From Schmidtea nova (taxonomy: Eukaryota), in NCBI GenBank assembly GCA_044892505.1, contig CM097882.1:368714001-368778000 (forward strand): a stretch of DNA of 64,000 bases. Reading direction: 5' to 3'. How positions within the stretch are numbered: position 1 is the stretch's first letter; every line of letters begins with the position of its first letter. A program made the translations under genes and the position numbers. Under the pieces are notes generated by a model, which saw only the letters and a list, made by a program, of their open reading frames with translations, was not told the DNA's origin and made no database searches. Of the stretch, positions 18,355 to 30,332 are shown piece by piece.

Positions 18355-18574
18355 AAAAACAAAATGCCAGATCCTACAAGAGGGATTCAAAAATTCATTA
18401 CAAAGATTAGCTTCCGAGACTTTTTTCATAAAAAAATACAAACCGTCCATCAACATTCAATTCGCACAAAAAAATTAAAATAAAATAAATTTTTTCATCC
18501 AATAAAATCATTATAAAATATTAAAAAAATAATTAAGGCTACTATTTAGGATTAAGTAAATATAACGATAGAAA

Positions 18575-18612
18575 TACACACTTGATAAAGGCTGTGCCGA
18601 AATATTGTGTTA
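18575..18612 (+). ncRNA. Minimal hammerhead ribozyme motif in 5' pLTR
   Basis: ACAC-TTGATAA-AGGC TGT GCC-GAAA-TATT-GTGT: stem I, variant core, stem II, GAAA, palindromic stem III; expected in Penelope pLTRs. Confidence 0.7.
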
Positions 18613-18650
18613 TTGTTTATAAAAAAAAAAAATTTTGATCTATAGTCATT

Positions 18651-21248
18651 ATGAGAATTATTGATAATAATAATAAAAAAAGATCAAAGGTGAAAAAAGA
18701 TAATTATGATAGTATATTGGCGGACGCCCATCACCGAGTAGATCTATCGTTATTTTATAGTCTCAAAATCATCAAAATCAAATCACACTTACATTTTTTA
18801 AAAGAATGCAAAAGAAGAAACATCATTCCCGTGGGCCTGACTGTTACCAACAAACTGGAATCAACCTATCCATCTTTACAAGCATTGAAGCTTAAAGAAA
18901 AACAGGAAAAAGAATGGCTTAAGTTTAGCATTTCAGCTTGTTACAAAAAGCTAAACGAATTTACTAGTTTTCCTTGTGCTCCTCTTACTTGTGAAGATAA
19001 TACTTGTTGCCAGAATTTCTCCAAAAATCTCGACATTCGCAAGCATAAAAAATTAGAAAAGCTACTTTCAACAAATTCAAACAACACTAAAGACACTAAC
19101 TCACACTCAAATTCAATTCTTCCATTTACAAACAAATCTAATCACATTTTTTCAAAAACACAAGAAAACATCCTCGCTCTAGGACCATCTTTTGTTCCTC
19201 CACCTAACCAGAAAGATTTAGAAAAAGCCGAAATCATCACTAACGCCTCTCTTATAAGCCTAAGAAGACAAATAGGATACCATCTAAAACCAATTTCATC
19301 CACCAAATCTTCAAGTTTAGCTGAAAAGCACAATCATCTTCTGGATCCAAATCGTAGAACATATCCAAATATGCCTGTCTTTTCGACTGAACTTGAAGAA
19401 AAACTCAACTGTTTAGAAACTAAAGTCAAAACTTTAGTCAGAGAACAAATTATCTTTCTTGAAAAACATTGCTCAACACAAAATTCTTTCACTTCAAACA
19501 TAAAGAAAATTAAGAATTCCAAAGACTTCACAATTCTTCCATCAGATAAAACAAATCGACTAATTGCTCTTGACACAGAACAATACAATACTCTATTTGA
19601 AGAACATCTCTCGAACTATGAACCGATAAACAAAATAATCTTACCTGCATCGACTCAGATTTTATACAATAAAAAACTTTCAACACTTGCAAATAAACAA
19701 ATTAACCTTCAAATCAAAGATTTACTTTTAAAATGCAACTGCAGTGAGCCTTTACCTAGTAATATGACTATGTTACCTAAAGATCACAAAAGTCCTTTAA
19801 AAGGTAGACCTCTTGTATCTGCAGTTGACACTCCTTCCACAACACTTTCTAAAGTTCTTTCAGAAATTCTAAAAACACTTTTGCCTTTGGTTCCTTCTCA
19901 TCTTAAAAACACAACTGAATTCGTCTCCGAAATTACAAATACGTCTCTTCCGTTAAACTCAGGACAACAGTACTTCTGGGGATCTCTTGACGTTTCCAAT
20001 CTTTACGGATCTATTCCTCTTCACGGAGAGAATAACATTTTCGATATCGCAGCTTCTTTCTTTGAAACTCATAAAGCCAATACTGACCTCGCAGACTTAA
20101 CTAAACAAGACTTTATAGAACTTCTAAAATTAGCAATAAATTCAGATACTGTCATAATTAAAGAAAAACCATTCAAACAAATTCATGGATTAGCCATGGG
20201 TAATAACCTTTCTCCCATCTTAGCCATCTTCTACATGAACTTTATAGAATCTAAGATCATATCTTTTTTTGGGGACAAAATACTTTTCTGGAAACGATAC
20301 ATCGACGACATCTTCATAGTCTCCACAATCCCTCTCAATCAAATCCTATCACACGCAAATTCTACTAACACCAACATACAATTTACTTTTGAAACACCGA
20401 ACACAGAAGGTAAAATACCGTTTTTAGATACCATGGTAAGTTTCACAAAAGGCCAAGATACACTAAATGCAAACACCGAGCTATATTCTAAAGGTTTACA
20501 TAGCGGTCATATCCTCCCATGGAAAAGCCACGTTCCACTTCAACGCAAAATCGCATTACTAATAGGAGAAAGAAAAAGAGCCATAAGAAACTGTTCAGAC
20601 GCAAACAAAATACAAGAAACATTAGAAAACTTCAAAATACGATTCCTCCAAAATGGATACCCTGAAGACTTTGTAAAGAAACACTTCCTTAACGAACCAT
20701 ACCACAATAAACGCAACAATAGAAAACGCCAGAAACACAATAACAATAACAAACACACAACATATCTAAGATTACCTTTCCTAAATGACACTACAGCCAA
20801 CAAAATCACCAACATTTTTAATCAAACAGATTTGCCTATCCACATCCGTCCAACGTTCATAACCTCCGCACCGTTAAAATCACAACTCCGAAAGCCACCA
20901 ATTTCCAACATCTCCAAACATAAATGTCTTTGTCGTTCCACAACCCGATGCTTTTGCTTTTCCAAAAATATAGTATATAAACTTTCTTGTCAAAAATGTG
21001 ACGCTACTTACATAGGAGAAACACATAGAACTTTTCGCACCCGACTTAATGAACATACTAAAATCAAAACCAGTAATTATTACGAACACGGGGAAAAAGT
21101 ACATAAAACAACTCCATCTATAGAAGAAACAAAATGCCAGATCCTACAAGAGGGATTCAAAAATTCATTACAAAGATTAGCTTCCGAGACTTTTTTCATA
21201 AAAAAATACAAACCGTCCATCAACATTCAATTCGCACAAAAAAATTAA
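18651..21248 (+). CDS. Penelope RT plus GIY-YIG endonuclease, 865 aa
   Basis: PSDKT, GRPLVS, SLDVSNLY, GLAMGNNLSP, RYIDD, PFLD; NIVYKLSC..C...YIGET.R..RLNEH. Confidence 0.95.
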   Translation: MRIIDNNNKKRSKVKKDNYDSILADAHHRVDLSLFYSLKIIKIKSHLHFLKECKRRNIIPVGLTVTNKLESTYPSLQALKLKEKQEKEWLKFSISACYKKLNEFTSFPCAPLTCEDNTCCQNFSKNLDIRKHKKLEKLLSTNSNNTKDTNSHSNSILPFTNKSNHIFSKTQENILALGPSFVPPPNQKDLEKAEIITNASLISLRRQIGYHLKPISSTKSSSLAEKHNHLLDPNRRTYPNMPVFSTELEEKLNCLETKVKTLVREQIIFLEKHCSTQNSFTSNIKKIKNSKDFTILPSDKTNRLIALDTEQYNTLFEEHLSNYEPINKIILPASTQILYNKKLSTLANKQINLQIKDLLLKCNCSEPLPSNMTMLPKDHKSPLKGRPLVSAVDTPSTTLSKVLSEILKTLLPLVPSHLKNTTEFVSEITNTSLPLNSGQQYFWGSLDVSNLYGSIPLHGENNIFDIAASFFETHKANTDLADLTKQDFIELLKLAINSDTVIIKEKPFKQIHGLAMGNNLSPILAIFYMNFIESKIISFFGDKILFWKRYIDDIFIVSTIPLNQILSHANSTNTNIQFTFETPNTEGKIPFLDTMVSFTKGQDTLNANTELYSKGLHSGHILPWKSHVPLQRKIALLIGERKRAIRNCSDANKIQETLENFKIRFLQNGYPEDFVKKHFLNEPYHNKRNNRKRQKHNNNNKHTTYLRLPFLNDTTANKITNIFNQTDLPIHIRPTFITSAPLKSQLRKPPISNISKHKCLCRSTTRCFCFSKNIVYKLSCQKCDATYIGETHRTFRTRLNEHTKIKTSNYYEHGEKVHKTTPSIEETKCQILQEGFKNSLQRLASETFFIKKYKPSINIQFAQKN

Positions 21249-21344
21249 AATAAAATAAATTTTTTCATCCAATAAAATCATTATAAAATATTAAAAAAAT
21301 AATTAAGGCTACTATTTAGGATTAAGTAAATATAACGATAGAAA

Positions 21345-21382
21345 TACACACTTGATAAAGGCTGTGCCGAAATATTGTGTTA
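21345..21382 (+). ncRNA. Minimal hammerhead ribozyme motif in 3' pLTR
   Basis: Identical to the 18575 copy. Confidence 0.7.
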
Positions 21383-21959
21383 TTGTTTATAAAAAAAAAA
21401 AATTTTGATCTATAGTCATTATGAGAATTATTGATAATAATATTAATTATTTAAATTATAATTTTTTATTTATTATAATTTTTTTTTATTTAAACTATAT
21501 TTTTCTTTATTTCTTTATTAATTTAATTTTAATTATTTCTTTATTTTCTTTATTTTCTATTTATTTTTTAAAAATATTATTAATTTACTTTTGTTAGTAT
21601 AATTTATTATTGATATTATTATTTTTGAAGAACTTCAATGATAAACGTTCAATGAAAGCACTACTCAAAATATTATAAACATTCAACAAAATGAGACAAT
21701 TCTGCACTACAAAAATAAAAATTACATGCTCAAATACGATAAATATTAAACTAATTATTTATTACTAATTACTTATTTATTATTTCATTATTAATCTTAT
21801 TATCATTATTATTTTTATGACATAAACATAGTTTCTAAAAATAAGGAATCAATTTATAAAATCAGAGTGAAACTTATTTGTACAATATATAACTAAATAA
21901 ATGAAAACAATAAAAAAACAAAGTTTTTCAACAAATTTTATTTAATAAAACTGTTTCTT

Positions 21960-24900
21960 CTTCAGTTTGACCTTGAAATTGTTGATCTGTATTGATTCTT
22001 GGATCGTTATGTTGAAATATAACCAAGTCACCTCCCATATAATGGCCATATGCCAAGTTTCTATTTTTTGCTACCCATTTCCTTTTATCATCTGCGTTTG
22101 TCAGTGCAGTCTTTTCATTTTTAATAGTAAAAAGTTGATGATTTTACTCGTGATTTTGGTTTGGGGAACAGAAAATATTTGGTTATTATTAAAACAGTCC
22201 AGGTACAACTGATTCTTTATGTCAGTACCCGCCAATGTTGCCCCCTTAGCTTTATTAGTTTCCTCGTCACCTAAAAGACTATTACATTTTGGTCTAAGAA
22301 ACACCCCCTCCTCGAACTTAAGCCCTTTATTCTCGTCTTTGAATTTCACAATGACATAATCTAAATTCCTACTGTATAATGGGTGATTCGGATCATAGTT
22401 AGAAGTGTCAAGCAAGTTATCTCTTATCATGGCCGGTAAAAGAATATCAAGCTTACAATTTCTTATCTCAAGAAAAAATGAATCGGTGTCATCAACTACG
22501 ATGTTGATTTCGCAGTTGAATTCGTTACGATATTTTTGTAACTCTTCATACTGCAGCTGGTACATTGTAAGTTTAGATAGATCCAGTACAGTTTGACCAA
22601 TGTAGCTAAGTCTATCCAAACACACCGATTCCTGATTCAGCAAGACAACAACCAAATCATAGTAAATTTCAAAAGGCCTTTTGAAAGTTGGCTTAGAAGT
22701 ATATCTAATCATCCTAGAAGCCGAATTACATAATCTTAAATTTATGCGCTTTTTAAGATTCTCTACGGTTTTACCGTAGAGACTATTATTTAATAATTTA
22801 TAATAATTTTTACCCAGAGCATTACTTGATTTTGCTCTAAGTCTGTTATTGGTATCGATGTAATCCTTAAAAATACTAGCTTGTTTAAATTTAATTGCCT
22901 TATGAACATGAGTTATTTTTACTCCAAGAGAAAAAAACAGTTTGAGAAGTCTCCAATGAAGAACATAATTCTTCTTGGGATAATGCGTGAGCATCAACGT
23001 CTCAACTTTTGAGCCAGGTGGAAACATCTTTTCTGCGGCAACTGGAAAATCATCCAGCTTGTCGTGAATTGAAAAAGGAATTTCTATATCGAGTTTTAAT
23101 GTTAACCCAAATGTTAATACTTCTAAATCAGCAGATTCACAGTAATAAATTATTTTATTTTATTTTTCCCTATCAGTTGCCCATTTAAATTCTTTATAAG
23201 GTAGTTTTTGGCTTAAAGCCCATCACTATAAATTATTTATATTTATATAAAGAAGCTCGGTGTCGTCGGAGGATACTACAAAGTGTTTATTAACAAATGG
23301 TAACCAACCACGGATCCCCCTTACAAAAAAACTATACATCTCCATATCTTGAAACAATTCGATAGGAGATTTCAAAGTCATCAAAGTGGAACTCCAACTC
23401 ATACCGGGAATTTCCAAGAAATTAAGAGGCTCAAGTTTGTTATGGGCAATGCTCTTAGCTTTAAATTGCTGAAAAATTTCGGCAAGTAAGAAAACATCCA
23501 ATTTCAGATATAACATCATATAATCAAACAATGTTTCACAATTAAATTCATTCCATATATGTTGAGCTTTTTCATACTCGTCGATATTAATTCCCTCCCA
23601 AATCGGTGGCAACTCGTATGTATTTTGTAAAACCTCTAAATAAGTTGCAAAATTATATGGGAATATGCCTTGAAGTAATAATAGTCTCTATAAATTCAGA
23701 AGAAGTAAGAGGAGAATCTGTTAAAGTCTTTACAGCATCGTTTAAGCTGCAACTTACAAATCGGCAAGAATCGATAAATTTAATAGTTAAACTATCGACT
23801 CTTGCATATAAAGTCAAAAACCTTTTGCTTGTAGTAGGAATACAACTTATATCCCATTTATCAAATTTATTTAAACCATACTTGAGGATATGATGTAAAT
23901 CATATCTGCGTAAATTATGAAATATTACTGGCATGATGAATTTTATTTGCCGAGAAAAATTGCATTTAGAGCAAGCCGCACTCAAGTCTTTACCTATATA
24001 GTGGTCATGATCTTTAACCTGATTTTTCAAAGGTTTATTACACAAATAACAAATTGTAGAACTAAGAAACGATCTAATTTGTCCATTTTCTTGGAGTTTT
24101 TTATAAAGTAAGGCAAAAATACCTTTACTCTTATATCATTGATTTCGGTCAAAAATTCTTCTACACAGTTAAAATCATGAAAGCTTTTATACGAATTTTG
24201 GCCAGTAAAGTTAATAATAAGCAACAAGCCAGCAGAAATAGGCAAGTGACTTCCAAAATACTTATCGTACTTGGGTAAAAGAGCCTCAAAATCGGCATAT
24301 ACGACGAAAGGAGGGGTAATAATTTTTTACCAATCTTTAAATTCCAAGTTTTTATCTGAAGGTAAAGTGTATAAATTTGTACCTAACTGATTTTTTGTGC
24401 ATAAAGCCTGATGTTAATCGAAAGCTTCAGTCAATCTGAAGCCATTCAAGCAACATTAGCACCAAGTGCTTATTATTTGAATATCAGTAACAGAAACAGT
24501 GTCACAATTCAAAAGCCTATTAAGATTGCTAATTCCTATATAATGAAAAGAGTCACTTTCCTCTAATAAAATTAAATTAATTGGAATGCCACCTACAACC
24601 TTTGACCTATGAATTATATCGACAAATGGATGTTTCATGACTTCCTTCTCCTCATTAATATTATTTAGATCATATTCTTCATATGCAAGGACATTTATAG
24701 ACAGCCCTGGGTTTTTGCTTCAAATTTGGGAATATTACATAATTTCATTGGAAATTCAGAAGGTTCATAAACAAGGTCTGAAAGATTATAATTATATGAC
24801 TTACATCTATTTGATTTCACCTTATCATATTTTAAAATAGCCAAAATGCTATATATAAAACAAATTTATCGGTATTTTTTACATTAACAGTACAATATTT

Positions 24901-25140
24901 AAAAATTAATGATGATGGGGTTGAAAAAGAACTTTGACCACTCAATTTACTTATTTGTGAATATTTTGTAAGTTTAAAGCTTATTTCTTTAATTTTATTA
25001 ATTGACCAATTTGCTACCATTTTCACAGACTTTAGTAATTTTTTCACTTAATAGAGCAATACCATCATCTAAAAAGGTATCACTCATGGATTTTGCGGAA
25101 TTTGATATTATAAAAGTGGAATTGTCCATCTTTTTCAAAT
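21960..25140 (-). pseudogene. Fragmented protein-primed DNA polymerase B (Maverick type), copy 1
   Basis: Fragments in order: PFVVYADFE, DHDH..AACSKCN, FHNLRRYD, KFIDS, YLKLDV, YININNL, KLLNNSLYGKT, DTDS, FLRPKC; many stops and frameshifts. Confidence 0.9.
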
Positions 25141-26018
25141 TCTACATCAATGCAAAATTGTACTTTTACATATCCTATTTTAGAAATAATTGAATTAAAT
25201 CTTTTTAGTAAAGGCAAAAATACCTACATTGAATATTTATCGCTGAATTAGGTATGATTCCATCAATAGTAATATTTTCGTCACTAAAAATCTTTATTTC
25301 GACGTGATTTTGATCATTCATATTTACATCACCTAAAGTAAAAACTAAATAATATACTAAGTTAAAGATTAAATACTATTTTCTTCCACATTTTCTAAAA
25401 TCGATTTCCCAATTGAATTATTAATATTAATATTACCTAGATTAATACTAAATGATAATAAATTTAAAAAATAAATTTACCATTTTCTTTGTCGCTTGGT
25501 TTTTCTTTCATAAAACTAGTTGCTGTAGTGTTCATTTTAAGTTTTTATATTTGTTTAAGTGAATAATGAATAAAAGATTATTATTTATATATCAAAGTTA
25601 TTACACATACATAAAATTTGACCAATCAAAATCGAGTAAAGGGTAAGAAAATTTATTCTTATCAGCCAATCAAAATCGAGTAAGTGGTAGGAAATTTATT
25701 ATTATCATCAAATAAAAGTCAAGAATTATGACTAAACATATATTACGTTGCAGTATTTTAAAAAACTAAATAATTTTTAAAGACCATTTGGCGATATTAT
25801 TTAGTTAACATCATATAATTACACCAAATTATAATTTACATCAAAGTTATAAAATATTTTAATAAATTCCATACACGTCATATTATTACAATAAATTAAA
25901 TCAAATATTTGAATGAATTACATCTTAATTACATTACAGTAATTACGATAGATATAAAAATTATTCTAATTATTTTTTGATAAAAAACATTAGAATTGTC
26001 AATAACACACACAGATAC

Positions 26019-26060
<42 letters not shown>

Positions 26061-26064
<4 letters not shown>

Positions 26065-26194
26065 CAATAATTCTCATAATGACTATAGATCAAAATTTTT
26101 GTTTATAAAAAAAAATTTTGATCTATAGTCATTATGAGAATTATTGATAATAATAATAAAAAAAGATCAAAGGTGAAAAAAGATAATTATGATA
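26061..26194. mobile_element. Miniature inverted Penelope end inserted in a (TA)n tract
   Basis: Matches pLTR ~18615-18711, preceded by ~40 bp of its own reverse complement; (TA)n on both sides. Confidence 0.85.
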
Positions 26195-26234
<40 letters not shown>

Positions 26235-26879
26235 TTTGCGATGGAAAATTAAATTTTATCTATACATGATTACAATAAATATTCAATAAATCTATGCTAA
26301 ATAGTCAGAAAATTCAGTATTTTAATATAGAACGCGTGTGCATCATGAAAAACCGCAACGTGAAAAACACGTGTGCATGACAAACAAATGCATACACATA
26401 ATTTTGAAGCAAACCATTTTGTAATAAATATTATCTCTATAATATTACAATGGTAATTATAACAAAGTAATTTTATATAGATAAAATTCAAAATAATTAC
26501 AAATCATGTGTGAAACTTGAAAAACGGCAATTTTATAGAAATTGAAATTTTATAGTTAAAATGAAAACTCAATAAAATTAATTTTTATAGTTTAAAAATG
26601 CAAAGATTAATGAACAAAAAACACGAGTATCACAAAATACGCACAAAATACCCAAAATACGCACAAAATACCCCAAAATAACCACCCGCAACCAGCACAG
26701 ACCACCCCCAACCAGGCCACAAGTCGATAAAAAACTGAAAAAACTGAAAAAACTAAAAAACTGAAAAAACTATAATGTTTAATTTATCAAGTTTGATGGT
26801 TAGAAAAGATTAATGGAAAAGAATGTTATAGTCTCAAAAGGTCATCGGGTGGTTTACATACTACTCTGTTTGAAAATTA

Positions 26880-26980
26880 TAAAAATTATTAAAATTATTA
26901 AAATTATTAAAATTATTAAAATTATTAAAATTATTAAAATTATTAAAATAATATAAAATTATTAAAAATATTAAAAATAG
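26880..26980. repeat. 9-bp tandem repeat AAAATTATT
   Basis: Seen directly. Confidence 0.85.
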
Positions 26981-27002
26981 AATAAAAATTTTTTGTATAA
27001 AA

Positions 27003-27764
27003 ATGTCGAGTATTTGAAATTTTTATTGCGAAATTTGTAATAAAAATTTCATGAGAAATTCAGCATTTATTTCTCATAAAAAATCCAAAAATCATTTGAA
27101 AAACTCTAATGAGTTGAATGATGATAATTCAGCAACATGTGTCAAGTGTGGTCTTAGATTTTTAAAAAGTGGGATAAGAGCACACGAAGTTGCATGTATT
27201 GGTGTAGAGAGACAAGTACCAAATTATATTTATTGTAATATTTGTAATAAAAGATTTACTACAAAAACAGGGCTTAGATTACACACGGAAGAACATCACC
27301 AAGAACCAAAGAAAAACTTTAATGATTTATACGTCTCTGAAGAAGTTAGAAGACCAGCAAAAAATCCTTTAACGATTAGATCTTATATTTTTAAACATCG
27401 GAAAGAGATTACAAGATTTTTAATAACTACAGTTAGAAAGTTTTAATTTATGAAATGGAATGTGAATCTAGAACTTAGATATTCTAGAGACAACACTGGA
27501 GAAAATTGTTTAAAATCAAAAATCACAACAAATCATGTTTTAAATCATGTTTTTAAAAGAATAATAAAACGAATAATTCTGGAAAGAATAATATCAGAAC
27601 TAGAAGATGCCATGGAGAGTTTACAAGAAGAAATAAATCCAAGTGATTTAATCTTGTATTCTATTGGTGGGATACAAACAGAATGTTGGAAAATAAAACC
27701 GTTAAATGGAAGGTCATACATTCCATTGAGGTTTAAATCCATCTATTTCTGTGGTGATGATTGA
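27003..27764 (+). pseudogene. C2H2 zinc-finger protein continuing into a pPolB N-terminus-like segment; in-frame stops, truncated
   Basis: CEIC..H..H, CVKC..H...C, CNIC..H...H; after an in-frame TAA reads KWNVNLELRY...GRSYIPL, resembling the GxSYIPLP pPolB leader. Confidence 0.6.
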
Positions 27765-28264
27765 TTGCAATCTATCATTTCACGATTGCATTCTTCGTAA
27801 TCTGGAAGATCATCGGGAATCTTGCGATGACATTCCTCACAATTAGGTGATTCTGGCGAATCGCCGCATTGTGACAATTTATCACATTGAATCGATTCGT
27901 CTGTAGGACCCGAACAATCAGCGGATCCATTGTAATCAGGAGTACTATTGGGCCATATTTTAGGTTCTTCTTCTTCTTTTGAGGATTCTAATTCGAATCT
28001 TTTTAGTTCCGTCCGCAAAATCCATATACGTAACCTCTCAATTCGGTTAGTACAATGCCCGCATTGATAGGCACACAGGATGTGCTCGGCCATGAAAGGG
28101 ATTTCGACATTTAGATTTGCGAGGTGGTTCAGCAATATTTGATTAATATCTATTCCCGTAATACACTGGATCTTATACGGGAGTAGTTCCGGTGCTGTGT
28201 AAATCAGCTGCGTCATCAAATTGGGGAATATTTCTTCCAGTTTTCTGTATAATACAGCCATCAT
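27743..28264 (-). CDS. Hypothetical 173-aa protein with Cys/acidic tail
   Basis: Intact ORF, no recognised family. Confidence 0.5.
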   Translation of the reverse strand: MMAVLYRKLEEIFPNLMTQLIYTAPELLPYKIQCITGIDINQILLNHLANLNVEIPFMAEHILCAYQCGHCTNRIERLRIWILRTELKRFELESSKEEEEPKIWPNSTPDYNGSADCSGPTDESIQCDKLSQCGDSPESPNCEECHRKIPDDLPDYEECNREMIDCNQSSPQK

Positions 28265-28517
28265 CTTTTCTAAAAATGTAAATTATAAAAAATGTAAACT
28301 AGTAATTTTTTAATTTATCATTTTTGAGTTTTGTCGATGTGAGACTCATTTTAGATATAAATTATCACAAAATGTTCATGGTATATATACGATAGTAACA
28401 CACACAACATATATAAAATAATACACACATAACCAATCAGATTCGAGTACACGTATTATGTCTTTATCTGATAAATACATACATAGCCAATCAGAATCGT
28501 GCATTACTATTGTTGGT

Positions 28518-28994
28518 TTATTGCAAACATGAGTCACATGATAATAAAAAATCTAAAAAGTCTTTATCCTCAATAATTGATTTTATATCGATAATAATAC
28601 TATCAACTATATTATAATAATCCCTATTTTTTAACCCTAATATCACTACTTTACCGCTTGCAAATATATTAACACACATAGGATTATATTTTATATATCT
28701 CAAAGCTGGAAATATTTCTGGCTCGTAAACACAATCCATTAATTTAGATAAAACATTTAAATTACAACTAAATCCCAAGTCTACCGTTACAGTAATTGAT
28801 TGTATTTTTAAATCATAAATCTTTACTTTTTTATCACTAATAAATTCCTTGCATCCCATTATTCTAAATCTTCCGGTCTTAAAAATTATTATCGGGTACT
28901 TACCACTTCTATCAATAATTTGCTGTGGTTTCCCCTTTGGGAAATTCAAGTGAGATACATCAGTTTTACCCTTATAATTTATGTTGCTAATCAT
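28518..28994 (-). CDS. TATA-binding-protein-like protein (compact two-repeat core)
   Basis: Repeat 1 ISNIN..IIIFKTGRFRIMGCK; repeat 2 IQSITVTVDLGF..YEPEIFPAL.Y..VNIFASGKVVILGLK. Confidence 0.85.
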   Translation of the reverse strand: MISNINYKGKTDVSHLNFPKGKPQQIIDRSGKYPIIIFKTGRFRIMGCKEFISDKKVKIYDLKIQSITVTVDLGFSCNLNVLSKLMDCVYEPEIFPALRYIKYNPMCVNIFASGKVVILGLKNRDYYNIVDSIIIDIKSIIEDKDFLDFLLSCDSCLQ

Positions 28995-29091
28995 TACTTT
29001 AATGAATATTTTTTTAAATATGAGAACAGTAATGAAAACTATTATTTAAAACAAATATAAAAAATAATACTAAAATAATAAAATTAAAAAT

Positions 29092-29715
29092 ATGGAATAA
29101 AGAAATGATGCAGTGTTTCAAATTGTTGGACCGAGCGGGAGTGGGAAAACTTTATTTGTTTGTAAATTATTACAATCAAAATTATTTAAATTAAAGTTTA
29201 ATAAAATTTATTGGCATAGGGGTGCGGATGATGAACATGGAATGACTCAAGATCAATTTTGTAAAATAAAAATGACTATAATAAAAGGTTTCGATAAAAA
29301 TTGGTCATCTAGATTACGACAAGGTGGTGTGATTATTATTGATGACTTATACCAAGAAGCAAATAAAGAAAATGATTTTAATAATTTATTTACAAAAAAC
29401 GCTAGACACAAGGGTGTTACAGTTATTTTTATTACTCAGAATTTATTTCATCAGGGCGGTAGTCATCGAACTCGTAATTTGAATGTTCAATATCTAGTTG
29501 TTTTTAAAAATCTTAGAGATGCAACAGTTATTGATTTTCTTGCAAGACAAGCATTCCCTTCTAATCGTAATTTCTTGATTGATGCATTCCAAGATGCCAC
29601 AAAAGCCCCTTATGGATATCTTTTTCTTGATTTCACGCAACAATGTATTGATGATTTACGAGTTAGAACAGATATTTTCAACAAGGAAGGAGCAATGGTT
29701 TATAAACAAAGTTAA
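29092..29715 (+). CDS. A32/FtsK-like DNA packaging ATPase (probable true ATG at 29092 followed by premature TAA at codon 3)
   Basis: GPSGSGKT Walker A, IIIDD Walker B, RH..V..IFITQN, PYGYLFLD. Confidence 0.9.
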
Positions 29716-30007
29716 CTGGATGTATATTATCAATCATGTTAATGAAATCTAGAGTAAAGTTTGAGCGCTTGATAAAGGCTAGAAAAATGAAGAAACTGGG
29801 AAAGAAATTAGTTTCAAAGAAAGTATTTACAAAGAAAACAAAGAAACCAGTTTCAAAACCAGTTATGCACCATCTAAAAAATTACTTATTGATAATATCC
29901 CAAAAAGTAATCGTATTCAAAATACTTACAAACCAAATCTAAAACAAATACATCATCGTAGTTTCCCATTTTTCAATGCATTACTTAAAGCCCCTAGTAT
30001 TAGAAGA

Positions 30008-30277
30008 ATGAGTATTTTACAATCATTTCCTAATTATGTTATTGACGATTTACTAATGATTTTAATTAAAGTTGTTAGAGGTAAAATCAATATAAGTGAA
30101 TCTAATAGAAGAGTTTTGAACAAACACAAGAAACCATTGTTATCAATTGTAAAAACCAAAAATAGAAAATTAATGCGTAAAATAATATATAAACAACAAG
30201 GAGGGTTTATTGCAGCATTGTTACCATTAGCATTATCACTATTAGGAGGTGCTGGTTTATTAGGAAAACAGTCATAA
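30008..30277 (+). CDS. Small basic Maverick protein with QQGGF-hydrophobic tail (adenovirus pX-like core protein)
   Basis: KQQGGFIAALLPLALSLL; position between ATPase and integrase. Confidence 0.65.
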   Translation: MSILQSFPNYVIDDLLMILIKVVRGKINISESNRRVLNKHKKPLLSIVKTKNRKLMRKIIYKQQGGFIAALLPLALSLLGGAGLLGKQS

Positions 30278-30332
30278 ACAATGGGACAATCGTTGCCTAA
30301 TCTTAATTTAAACTTTAAATCTTCTTGTTGTA

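Larger units (their letters stand above)
16537..21440 (+). mobile_element. Penelope-like retroelement: full ORF with pseudo-LTRs, preceded by an inverted 5'-truncated copy
   Basis: 16537-18354 is the reverse complement of ~19660 to the 3' end; ~18357-18672 directly repeats ~21127-21441; candidate 13-bp TSD TATTAATTATTTA at 16524-16536 and 21441-21453. Confidence 0.93.

Noticed and set aside
18355-18456. Novel N-terminus on the 562-aa minus-strand Penelope ORF
   Set aside because: It is antisense pLTR sequence across the inversion junction.
26230-26860. Left Maverick TIR pairing with 52188-52970
   Set aside because: Repetitive, but I could not see inverted similarity or a TSD.
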